A stretch of DNA of 64,000 bases from positions 150,045 through 214,044 of the forward strand of contig JAOZFN010000007.1 in the NCBI GenBank assembly GCA_027492205.1, written 5' to 3'. This DNA is from Thermoproteota archaeon (GTDB lineage: Archaea; Korarchaeota; Korarchaeia; Korarchaeales; Korarchaeaceae). A program made the position numbers and the translations under genes. Shown in pieces: positions 16,653 to 25,022 of this stretch (position 1 is the stretch's first letter; the number at the start of each line of letters is the position of its first letter). The notes under the pieces were generated by a model. It was not told the DNA's origin. It worked only from the letters and a program-made list of their open reading frames with translations, and did no database searches.

Positions 16653-17564
16653 TTGACCAGAATAGTCGCCGTGGGAAACGCAAACGTGGACATCGCCGTC
16701 TTCCTCTCAGAGATACCCGGACCGGACGAGGATGTGGACGCGGATTCCGTGGCGCTGGGAGTCGGGGGAAGCGCGTCCAACTTCGCCTCTACGTGCGCCA
16801 TGCTGGGGGAGGAGACCTCGATCGTCGCCGTGGTCGGCGGCGATCCCCTCGGCTCCTTCTACCTGGAGGAGATGGCCAAGAGGGGCGTGAACACCAGACT
16901 CATCGAATTGAGGGCCGACTCGCAGACCGGGTTCGTTGTCATTCTCAACTTGGCTGGATCTCAGAGGAGGATGATCCGATACCGCGGCGCAAACCTCCTG
17001 CTCGCTGACGATGTTCTCACTAGGCGCGGCGAGGCTCTGAGGTCGGCCGAGGTCGTACACACGTCCAGCGTGAGGCCGGCTGTGGTGCGGGCCCTCATCG
17101 AGATGGGGCTCAGGCCCTCGTGGGACCCCGGCTGGACTGCCGTCAGCCGGTACAAGGAGGAAGTACTCGAGCTCATGGAGACGGGTCAGATCCTCCGCGC
17201 GTTCTTCAACGAGAAGGAACTAAGGGAGTTGACTCGGTTAGATGACCTGAGGGAGGGTGCGGCTTCTATTCACGAGAGGGGGGTGGAAGAGGTGGTGGTT
17301 AAGAGGGGGAAGGCCGGCAGCTCGGCCCTAACCTTAGGAACCTGGTACGAGGCCCCCGCCCTGCGGGTGAAGGCCGTAGACACCACGGGCGCCGGGGACG
17401 TGTTCGACGGGGCTTACACGGTCGCCAGGCTGAGGGGGCTGAATCCTGGAGAGGCCCTGAGGGCGGCAAACTTCGCCGCCGGAAAGACTGTGGAGGTTCA
17501 GGGGGCTGTAAACGGCCTACCTTCGTGGAGCGAGATCCGGTCGTTCCTCAGCGAAACGAAATAG
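16653..17564 (+). CDS. PfkB-family (ribokinase-like) sugar or nucleoside kinase
   Basis: 303 aa. The N-terminal VAVGNANVDI and the C-terminal DTTGAGDVFDGAY motif are present. It lies 4 nt downstream of udp. Confidence 0.85.
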   Translation: MTRIVAVGNANVDIAVFLSEIPGPDEDVDADSVALGVGGSASNFASTCAMLGEETSIVAVVGGDPLGSFYLEEMAKRGVNTRLIELRADSQTGFVVILNLAGSQRRMIRYRGANLLLADDVLTRRGEALRSAEVVHTSSVRPAVVRALIEMGLRPSWDPGWTAVSRYKEEVLELMETGQILRAFFNEKELRELTRLDDLREGAASIHERGVEEVVVKRGKAGSSALTLGTWYEAPALRVKAVDTTGAGDVFDGAYTVARLRGLNPGEALRAANFAAGKTVEVQGAVNGLPSWSEIRSFLSETK

Positions 17565-17567
17565 GGT

Positions 17568-17583
17568 TGCTCCAGCTGGAGCA
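17568..17583. repeat. Perfect 16-nt palindrome TGCTCCAGCTGGAGCA
   Basis: It starts 4 nt after the kinase TAG stop and lies about 20 nt upstream of the next TATA box. It could be a hairpin terminator or a dimeric regulator site. Confidence 0.5.
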
Positions 17584-17600
17584 GGTCCATGTGTAAAAGG

Positions 17601-17610
17601 TTTAGAAAAA
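17601..17610 (+). promoter_or_regulatory. TATA box (TTTAGAAAAA) of the aminotransferase gene
   Basis: It is centred about 25 nt upstream of GTG 17630, which fits a leaderless transcript. Confidence 0.5.
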
Positions 17611-17629
17611 TCCGTAGAGGTCTCGCGGG

Positions 17630-18823
17630 GTGTTCGGGTTGCCGGGTTTCGCCGATCGAATGTCCAAGTTGGGGGTCGAGGGTGCCTTCATAGTACTCGC
17701 CAGGGCCAAGGAACTCGAGAGGCAGGGAAAGAGGATCATCCACTGTGAGATAGGCCAGCCCGACTTTGACACGCCGGCCCACATCAAGGAGGCCGCCAAG
17801 AGGGCCCTCGACGAGGGGTTCACTGGGTACACGCCATCAGCTGGTATAATGGAACTCAGGGAGGCCATAGCCGAGTATGTCTCGAGGACGAGGGGCATAG
17901 AGGTTACCCCAGATCAAGTCGTCGTCACCGTGGGCGCCAAGATCGGGATATTCTCGGCGCTCATGGCGTTCGTGAACCCTGGTGAGGAGGTAATCATTCC
18001 GATGCCCGCATACCCGTCCTATGAGAGCGTCACGGAGTTCGTGGGCGGGGTTGTGAAGCCTGTGGTGCTAAAGGAGGAGAGGGAGTTCTCGCCCAGCGGC
18101 GAGGAGATAGCTGAAGCCGTCACAGACAAGACCAAGGTCATCGTGATCAACACGCCATCCAACCCGACAGGCGGGGTCTACAAGAGGGAGGACCTGGAGG
18201 CCATCGTAGAGGTCGCCAAGGAGCACGATCTCTGGATAATCTCCGACGAGATCTACGAAGACATCATATTCGACGGAAAGAAGCACGAGAGCATCCTTTC
18301 GATACCCGGCGCAGAGGAGAGGGCCGTCATGCTCAGCGGGTTCTCTAAGACCTACGCAATGACCGGTTGGAGGCTCGGCTACGTGGTAGCCCCCAAGGAG
18401 GTCGCCGACAAGATCACCAAGATCCAGCTCAACACGGTCTCCTGCCCCGTCTCCTTCGTCCAGAAGGCCGGCATCGCCGCGCTCAAGGGGCCCAGAGATG
18501 AGGTCGAGGTGATGGTCCGGGAGTACGAGGAGAGGAGGGACCTCCTCTACAGGGAGATCAACAGGATACCTGGCTTCAGCATGATCAAGCCCGCCGCCAC
18601 GTTCTACGCCTTTCCGAACGTCAAGAAGCTCGGTGTGAAGTCAAAGGAGCTCGCCACCATGCTCCTAGAGGGGGCCGGCGTGGCGCTGCTCCCCGGAACC
18701 GACTTCGGCGCTCCGGGGGAGGGCTACCTGAGGCTCTCATTCGCCACCTCGAAGGAGAACCTGATGGAGGCCATGGAGAGGATCAGAGCGTTCGTTGAGG
18801 AGAAGTTCCCAAACGTTTCCTGA
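17630..18823 (+). CDS. Class I/II PLP-dependent aminotransferase (aspartate aminotransferase-like)
   Basis: 397 aa. Contains GYTPSAG, INTPSNPTG and the PLP-lysine segment SGFSKTYAMTGWRLGY. Confidence 0.9.
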   Translation: MFGLPGFADRMSKLGVEGAFIVLARAKELERQGKRIIHCEIGQPDFDTPAHIKEAAKRALDEGFTGYTPSAGIMELREAIAEYVSRTRGIEVTPDQVVVTVGAKIGIFSALMAFVNPGEEVIIPMPAYPSYESVTEFVGGVVKPVVLKEEREFSPSGEEIAEAVTDKTKVIVINTPSNPTGGVYKREDLEAIVEVAKEHDLWIISDEIYEDIIFDGKKHESILSIPGAEERAVMLSGFSKTYAMTGWRLGYVVAPKEVADKITKIQLNTVSCPVSFVQKAGIAALKGPRDEVEVMVREYEERRDLLYREINRIPGFSMIKPAATFYAFPNVKKLGVKSKELATMLLEGAGVALLPGTDFGAPGEGYLRLSFATSKENLMEAMERIRAFVEEKFPNVS

Positions 18824-18891
18824 TCCCTCCCTCCCCCTCTTTATCCCGCGTGAATGCCGGCGGGGGGCTTCTCGGGTCGGGGCCCTACGTC

Positions 18892-18915
18892 TCTGAGGGA
18901 GTCGCCTGCCTCAGA
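18892..18915. repeat. 7-bp inverted repeat (TCTGAGG / CCTCAGA, 10-nt loop) between convergent genes
   Basis: Read directly from the sequence in the 99-nt convergent spacer. A role as a terminator or RNA-stability element is inference only. Confidence 0.3.
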
Positions 18916-18922
18916 CTGATAC

Positions 18923-19432
18923 CTATATGCGCAGGATCTCGGCCGAGAGGTCCTCTGTGTCCAGGATGGCGATTGTTCTGTCCCCCGTAAGGCACCCGCA
19001 GGCCTCTCCCGGATTGAGCACGAGCGCAGAGCCGATCCGCGTGACTTCCGGCTCGTGAGTGTGACCATATAGGACGATCTCGTAGTCTCCTGAACCCGCC
19101 AACAGGCGGGCCACGGTCTTCGTCAGCCCAAGCGAACCGAAGCCGTGAAACAAGATTGCCCTCCTGTCTCCGAGCCACGTCTCAACGGGAGACGGGTGGA
19201 ACGTCACATCCCCCTCGAGCGCGTCGAGGGCCAGCTTGAACTCGGCCTCGTTGTTTCCCCTCAGAAGCAGCGTGGGGATCCCACTGTTGATTATGGGTTT
19301 CAGCGAGAAGGGGGAGACCAGATCACCCAGGTGAACGACCTTGTCTACCGCCCTGGCCGCAAACATCTGGTAGGCGACCTCTATCGCCTCGAGGTCGTCG
19401 TGCGTGTCCGAGATGACTCCCACGAGCAACAT
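18923..19432 (-). CDS. MJ0936/YfcE-family metallophosphoesterase
   Basis: 169 aa. Contains ISDTHDD, HLGDLVSP, GNNE and YGHTH metallophosphoesterase motifs. Confidence 0.85.
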   Translation of the reverse strand: MLLVGVISDTHDDLEAIEVAYQMFAARAVDKVVHLGDLVSPFSLKPIINSGIPTLLLRGNNEAEFKLALDALEGDVTFHPSPVETWLGDRRAILFHGFGSLGLTKTVARLLAGSGDYEIVLYGHTHEPEVTRIGSALVLNPGEACGCLTGDRTIAILDTEDLSAEILRI

Positions 19433-19470
19433 TCAACCCCCCGACGGAGAGCTCTCGGGGAAGAGCCGCG

Positions 19471-19797
19471 CTACCTGGTGAGGCGGGAGAGCCCCTCGGC
19501 TATCTCCATCACGGCCGACTCCACTGACTTCTTAGAGGTCTCATGCGCTATTATGCCCCTCGACTCGATTATGTCCCTGCTCTCAGGGTCCATCTCACCT
19601 GAGATTATGGCTCCGCAGTCCTTGAGCACATCCAGCGCTGAGGTCGCCCCCTGCCCCCTCCTGGTGTTCACCCTGAGTTCAACCCTGGTGGGGCTCTTGC
19701 CCGTCAGGTCGTATATCGCAAAATACCGGGCCTGGTAAAAAGGCCCCTCCTTAACCTCAGACCCGTCATCGGTAGCTACTGCAACTCTGATGGGCAA
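19471..19797 (-). CDS. NifB/NifX-like (dinitrogenase FeMo-cofactor-binding fold) small protein
   Basis: 108 aa. The pattern MPIRVAVATDDGSEV...ARYFAIYD...DCGAIISG is typical of this family. Confidence 0.65.
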   Translation of the reverse strand: MPIRVAVATDDGSEVKEGPFYQARYFAIYDLTGKSPTRVELRVNTRRGQGATSALDVLKDCGAIISGEMDPESRDIIESRGIIAHETSKKSVESAVMEIAEGLSRLTR

Positions 19798-19874
19798 AAC
19801 CCTGAACCTCCCTCGGGTGTATCTACTGGGACCGCGCGGGCGTGGTCACTCAAATAAATTGATGTGGTTCATGC

Positions 19875-20912
19875 TCAGGACTCCAGCAGCTCCGAAATTC
19901 GCCTAAGGAGGGTCTCTAGTTGCTGGGCCCTCACGGCGGCCTCTACAAATCCTCCAGATCCGAAGTAGCTCCCCTCCAGGTCCAACATCGAGAGGTGAAC
20001 TAAGGAGGGCAGGTCCTTGCGCTGGGCGCGGGATCTCAGGGAAACGACGGCCATGACGTCGTCCGAGTACACTGCTCCAGCCACATCTCTGCCCGATGAG
20101 AGACTATCTGCGGCGGCGTGCCGTATCCTCGGATCTTCTACCGGAATTACGAGAAGGCTCTGAGAACTAATCAGCGGCTTCGCTTGAACTAGATCGCCCA
20201 AAATCGCCTTCCCTCGATCTGCCAGACCAAGTAGGGCCTTAGACAACGGGTATCTGCCCCCTAGGAGGCAGGTGGGATCCTCAAAGCATTCCTCCAGGGC
20301 TGCAACCCCGAGCACCACCCCCGACTCGGGATCCCCGGCCACCGCCTCCAGCAGAGTTTCATACACCCGGGAAACGACACCCTCGCCCTCTCTCGACGTC
20401 TCAGCGTGGGGGCTGATCTCACATCTCGCGCCAGGTTCCAGGCAGCCTATTCTGCCCACCCACAGGTCGGGCGGCAAATCGGGGCAGAGGTACTGAGCCA
20501 CGGTCATCGCCACCCGCGACGCGGGCAGCGGAGGAAGTCCCGACCCCAAGGGATTCAGCCTGAGAACTCTAGCCGGGATTCGGGGTCGATCAATCTCGTA
20601 GTGATCTATCACGAGAACCTGACCCCACAGCTGCTCGGCAACCTCGATTGGACCGGGCCCGGCGGGAATAAGATCGACGAGGACGAGTGCAGAATCCTCT
20701 GCGAAGGCCTCCTCGACGACTGAGAGCAGCTCTTCTGGAAGCGCCGGTCTCAAGGAGACTCCGACTCCCTGCTCCGAGATGGCCCTTCGAAGCAGAGCCG
20801 TTGCCGCCATCGAATCGGGCCAGGGGCCGTGGACTAGGAAGGCGCTGTCGACCTCGTCCAGCACCTCTGCAAACATCCTGGCCCAGGAGGCGATGGGACT
20901 ACTACTCGCCAA
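19875..20912 (-). CDS. DHH/DHHA1-family protein with degenerate catalytic motifs (RecJ/Cdc45-like, probably inactive)
   Basis: HGPWPDSMAATALL stands in place of DxD. VLVIDHYEI replaces DHH with DHY. GSGGFVEAAV replaces GGGH with SGGF. The start is TTG 20912 or ATG 20876. Confidence 0.5.
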   Translation of the reverse strand: MASSSPIASWARMFAEVLDEVDSAFLVHGPWPDSMAATALLRRAISEQGVGVSLRPALPEELLSVVEEAFAEDSALVLVDLIPAGPGPIEVAEQLWGQVLVIDHYEIDRPRIPARVLRLNPLGSGLPPLPASRVAMTVAQYLCPDLPPDLWVGRIGCLEPGARCEISPHAETSREGEGVVSRVYETLLEAVAGDPESGVVLGVAALEECFEDPTCLLGGRYPLSKALLGLADRGKAILGDLVQAKPLISSQSLLVIPVEDPRIRHAAADSLSSGRDVAGAVYSDDVMAVVSLRSRAQRKDLPSLVHLSMLDLEGSYFGSGGFVEAAVRAQQLETLLRRISELLES

Positions 20913-23397
20913 CCCTCTCCCACCTCAAGGCGGCCCAGAGCAGGAGGACCGAGGAGGTGAGCAGTGTGATCGTCAGAGGGACTATCGGATCTAGCTCTCT
21001 GCGGGGGGCCGCCTCCAGCTGGCTCAACTCATCCTCGACCTCCGAGAGGGTGTTGGCAGCGGATTGATAGTCTCCCGCCTCGATCTGGCTCTCTGCGCGG
21101 TTCAGCGCGTCCTCCAACTCGCCTAACCCGGCCGGTGAGGTGGCCCAGGGCAGGAGTGACCGCTCGCGAAGGGTTCTAACTCTCCTCCTGAGTTCCGTGA
21201 GCAGGCCTATGAGCTCCTCCCGGGTCACGCCGGCCCTCTCGACGATCCTTATCCTGAGGGGGTCTCCCGCGATTATCGTGTTGTTCACGGTGACCACCAC
21301 GGGCAGCAGGTATGATCCGGGTTCGCCACCGGCCCTCAGGGTGATCCAGACCGTTCCAGGAACGGGAAACTCGAGGGTAAGGTTGTCTCGAAGGGTTCCG
21401 TTCGATGCGACCACCGTGAATCCATCGGGGAACCTCGCGACGGCCACACCTGCCGGGCCGCCCACCCGAAGGGACACGTTCACCAAGCTACCTGTGAAAG
21501 CCCTCAATGGACCCATGGCGGCGTAAGAGTGAGGAATCGCTCCCACGGTGACGTTCACCGTCCTTCTCTCTATGACCCTCCCCCAGGGAAACGTGCCCTC
21601 TACAGCTATGTGAACAGGAAACCTGCCCGGCCTGTCCGACGTCATTTGAAGGCCAACGTTGAGGGTCTCGTTGGGTGATACCCTATCTACGTGGTGCGTC
21701 AACGAGCCGGAGACCGAGAAGTTCCTTGGAACTGTGACGTTTAGATCCACGTTTTTGGCCGGGGCACCGAATCTAATCGTGAGAGTCAGGTTAAACGGTA
21801 TCAGGGGTAGAGCCTCCTCTGGGAGGTCCACCCGTAGGGTCAGAGGGGTTTTCAGGATGTGGACCTCAATCGGACCCACAGTCGGTTCAAGGATGAGACC
21901 AAACGCCTCATCGCACACTCTGGAACTCGCCACAACTCTGTATAGGCCTGGGGACAGATTCAGCTCGACTTGCGTTATCCCCGCAGAATCCGGACCGAGC
22001 ACCGAGAAGGACGGGGGGAATGTGAGGTTGGCCCCATCCACCGTGACAAGGGTGGAGTTAACTGTCATATTCCTGTCGCCCCTGTTAAGGAGTTCGAAGA
22101 TCAACCTGACCGCGTCCCCTGCTCGGGCGTAGACATCAGACCCGTTGAGGCAGATCAGCTGCACAGAAGGCAGGATGCCTATCCCTCTCTCAATCGAGAG
22201 GACCGTGGTATCGTTTAGAGATATGTGGGCGCCTATGGACCCGGAGGCGCCGTGGTCAAGGTGGGGCAGGGCTATGCTGATTGGCAGCTCTCCTGGCCCA
22301 GCGTCTGGGAGTGCCAGAGACGCCGACAGAGGTGGATCCGTGAGGTACATGGTAACGTTTAGGCCACCGTGTCCCGACAATTGGAGTGTTGCTTTGATTT
22401 CTGAGCCAGCGACGGCTGGAGCTTCTGGGAGTTGGAGGCTCGCGGCCCTCTCGCTTGGAAGGGTCAGCCTCAGTCTGTAGGCCACCCTTCCGTCGACCAC
22501 GACCTTGTACGTTTTCACGCTAGCGTTTGCGGGGACGGAGATTAGGGCTGCCCACTTCCTTTGAAGTTCGGGCGACAGTATCCTGACTACCTCCTCTGAT
22601 GGCAACCTCACTGCGATGAACTCGAAGCTCGGGTTGAAGGATATCTCACCGGTTACGGGGATCGCTCGGTTTAGCACGTAGGCGCCGGCGGTCCCTGCGA
22701 TGCCCGTGCATATGAGAACGTAAGATCCTTCGTCGGAAGCGTACCAAACCTCGGCTCCAGCCCTAGAGATGGAAAGAACACTGTAGCGCCCGAGGGCTCC
22801 ACTCCTCAGTCTGTACAGATAACCCCTGTTCACGTCCAAGAACAACCAGGCACCCGTCTCATTATCGAGGGCGCCGTGGAGGATTACCTCATCGTTCCCT
22901 TCTGCCAAGACCAGCGTACCATTAGCTTCTGTGAATGTGAAGTTCTCCACCCTGGATTCGAATTTTGCCACCATGGGGTCCTCCGCTAAAATACCGGGCG
23001 GGATCACTAGCAGGTCTCCCACTCGGAGAGACCCGTTAAGCTCGTATTTCTCTCCATACATCACTTTCGGTTGTTCAAAGGCCATGAGAACCGCCCAAAG
23101 ACCCCTAGAGATCTCGACCGGTCTCCATGCCTCTGTGATCTCTCCGCGCTCCCTTAACTCAATGTGATACATCTCCGAGACCTCAACCTTGGCCCCAGGG
23201 ACGTCCGTCTCAGCCGATCTGGCCGGACCGGAGAGCGGGATCATGACGAGAGAGCCAGGAAATGCCACCAAGTCGGCTGACTCAGGCTGGCTTTGGGCAA
23301 GAGTCGGTGCGGGAGAGAGGAGGATCGCGAGAACAGTCAGAAGTGCTGTGAACGCAAATCTCCTTGTGGACCCCACGGCGCACCACCGGCGCCACAC
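20902..23397 (-). CDS. Large secreted, C-terminally membrane-anchored surface protein rich in N-glycosylation sequons (S-layer or surface-glycoprotein candidate)
   Basis: 831 aa. It has an N-terminal signal peptide (STRRFAFTALLTVLAILLSPAPTLA/QS). I count about 21 N-x-S/T sequons. CARDB-like beta-rich repeats, a C-terminal coiled coil and a single TM helix (PLTITLLTSSVLLLWAAL) follow. Confidence 0.7.
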   Translation of the reverse strand: MWRRWCAVGSTRRFAFTALLTVLAILLSPAPTLAQSQPESADLVAFPGSLVMIPLSGPARSAETDVPGAKVEVSEMYHIELRERGEITEAWRPVEISRGLWAVLMAFEQPKVMYGEKYELNGSLRVGDLLVIPPGILAEDPMVAKFESRVENFTFTEANGTLVLAEGNDEVILHGALDNETGAWLFLDVNRGYLYRLRSGALGRYSVLSISRAGAEVWYASDEGSYVLICTGIAGTAGAYVLNRAIPVTGEISFNPSFEFIAVRLPSEEVVRILSPELQRKWAALISVPANASVKTYKVVVDGRVAYRLRLTLPSERAASLQLPEAPAVAGSEIKATLQLSGHGGLNVTMYLTDPPLSASLALPDAGPGELPISIALPHLDHGASGSIGAHISLNDTTVLSIERGIGILPSVQLICLNGSDVYARAGDAVRLIFELLNRGDRNMTVNSTLVTVDGANLTFPPSFSVLGPDSAGITQVELNLSPGLYRVVASSRVCDEAFGLILEPTVGPIEVHILKTPLTLRVDLPEEALPLIPFNLTLTIRFGAPAKNVDLNVTVPRNFSVSGSLTHHVDRVSPNETLNVGLQMTSDRPGRFPVHIAVEGTFPWGRVIERRTVNVTVGAIPHSYAAMGPLRAFTGSLVNVSLRVGGPAGVAVARFPDGFTVVASNGTLRDNLTLEFPVPGTVWITLRAGGEPGSYLLPVVVTVNNTIIAGDPLRIRIVERAGVTREELIGLLTELRRRVRTLRERSLLPWATSPAGLGELEDALNRAESQIEAGDYQSAANTLSEVEDELSQLEAAPRRELDPIVPLTITLLTSSVLLLWAALRWERVGE

Positions 23398-23399
23398 AG

Positions 23400-23408
23400 A
23401 AATTTAAA
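23400..23408. promoter_or_regulatory. Symmetric TATA element AAATTTAAA shared by divergent genes
   Basis: It is centred 32 nt upstream of the AMP phosphorylase ATG (23436) and 28 nt upstream of an in-frame GTG (23376) of the surface-protein gene. It is only 3 nt from the ORF-track start at 23397. Confidence 0.5.
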
Positions 23409-23435
23409 GCGAGGGAGTAGGCGCCTTAGGTTTCC

Positions 23436-24995
23436 ATGGTTTCGCTGAAGGTTAGAAGACTTCCGGTAGAGATTGGGGAACTCCGAGTCGTTCTAAATAG
23501 GGCTGACGCCGAGAAGGTGGGAATCTCTCCCCACGACAGAGTTAGAATTGTGAAGGCAGATGGGAGCCAGGTGGTCGCGCTGGCCAGCGTGTCCTCATCA
23601 GAGGACGTGTCTCCGCCCGGCCAGGTTGGCGTGTTTGCCGACGTCGTGAAGAAGCTCCCCCTCAACGAGGGGGAAGTCGTCTCAGTTGAAGTCGTTCCTA
23701 CCCCCCAATCGGCCGGGCTCGTCAGGAAGAAGGTCTTAGAAGGGAAACTCACACCGCAAGAGGTTTCTCTACTCATCAAGGACGTCTATGAGGGGGTCCT
23801 GAGCGACGTCGAGCTGGCGGCGTTCGTGACCGCCCTGCAGCTTCACGGGGCTGACATGGACGAAGTTGAGGCCCTGACGCGCTCCATGGCCGAGGTCGGG
23901 ACCATGCTGGACTTCGGTGACACCCTTACCGTGGACAAGCACAGCGTGGGCGGCGTCCCAGGTAACAGCAAGGATGCGCTGCTGATAGTCCCGATAGTCG
24001 CAGCAGCAGGTCTGGTGATACCTAAGACGAGCACCAGGGCCATCATGAGCCCCGCCGGTACGGTCGACACGATGGAGGTCCTGGCGCCGGTGGACCTGAA
24101 GCCCGAGGAGATCGTTGAACTCTCCAAGAAGGTCGGAGGGGTAATCGCCTGGGCGGCCAGCGCCAACCTGTCGCCGGTAGACGGGATACTCATCGAGAAG
24201 GTGGAGTACCCCCTCTCGCTGGACCCAGAGAGCCTCATCTACGCCTCTATAATGTCGAAGAAGCTCGCGGCCGGCGTCAAGAGGATGGTCTTAGACATCC
24301 CAGTGGGTCCAGAGGCCAAGGTGGAATCCCTCAAGGACGCAAGGAGGATGGGGAGGAACTTCGTCGAGCTGGGGGAGAGGCTCAACATACTGACGCAGGT
24401 GGCGATATCCTACGGCGGTCAGCCCATCGGGAGGTACGTTGGGCCTGCCCTAGAGGCCAAGGAGGCTCTGGAGATCCTGATGAGTAAGGGGAAGGGATCT
24501 AGGAGCATAATTGAGAAGTCCCTCACGCTCGCCGGCATACTCCTGGAGATGGGAGGGGCCGCCCCTATGGGCTACGGGGAGAGAATGGCGAGAGAGATCT
24601 TGGAGAGTGGCAGGGCCTACGAGAAGATGAGGGAAATAATTGAAGCTCAGGGCGGAGACCCCGACGTGAAACCCGAGGACCTCCCGATAGGTGAGCACAA
24701 GGCCGTCCTGACGGCCAAGATGAGTGGGTACGTCGTTGCGGTATCTAACAGGGCCATCGTGAGGATCGCCCGCGCGGCAGGAGCCCCCCGAGACAAGGGC
24801 GCGGGAGTCAGGATCTACGCCAAGAGGGGCGACAGGGTAGAGGCCGGAGAGGCTGTTATTGAGATCTTCGCGGAGAGCGAAAGCAAGCTACAGGCCGCCG
24901 TCGAGGTCGCCAAGAGCATGGAGCCCATCAGGGTGGAGGGGATGGTCCTAGAGGTGTTCAGGGACAGGACGATAGGGAAAGAAATAGTTGAGTGA
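23436..24995 (+). CDS. deoA: AMP phosphorylase (thymidine-phosphorylase family with an archaeal N-terminal extension)
   Basis: 519 aa. It is near-collinear with Thermococcus kodakarensis AMP phosphorylase as I recall it: HSVGGVPGN, IPKTSTRAI, SIMSKK, YGGQPIG, GPALEAKEA and EIIEAQGGDP. Confidence 0.9.
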   Translation: MVSLKVRRLPVEIGELRVVLNRADAEKVGISPHDRVRIVKADGSQVVALASVSSSEDVSPPGQVGVFADVVKKLPLNEGEVVSVEVVPTPQSAGLVRKKVLEGKLTPQEVSLLIKDVYEGVLSDVELAAFVTALQLHGADMDEVEALTRSMAEVGTMLDFGDTLTVDKHSVGGVPGNSKDALLIVPIVAAAGLVIPKTSTRAIMSPAGTVDTMEVLAPVDLKPEEIVELSKKVGGVIAWAASANLSPVDGILIEKVEYPLSLDPESLIYASIMSKKLAAGVKRMVLDIPVGPEAKVESLKDARRMGRNFVELGERLNILTQVAISYGGQPIGRYVGPALEAKEALEILMSKGKGSRSIIEKSLTLAGILLEMGGAAPMGYGERMAREILESGRAYEKMREIIEAQGGDPDVKPEDLPIGEHKAVLTAKMSGYVVAVSNRAIVRIARAAGAPRDKGAGVRIYAKRGDRVEAGEAVIEIFAESESKLQAAVEVAKSMEPIRVEGMVLEVFRDRTIGKEIVE

Positions 24996-25022
24996 GGGAG
25001 TAGCTGGCCGCCCGGACCCGGC

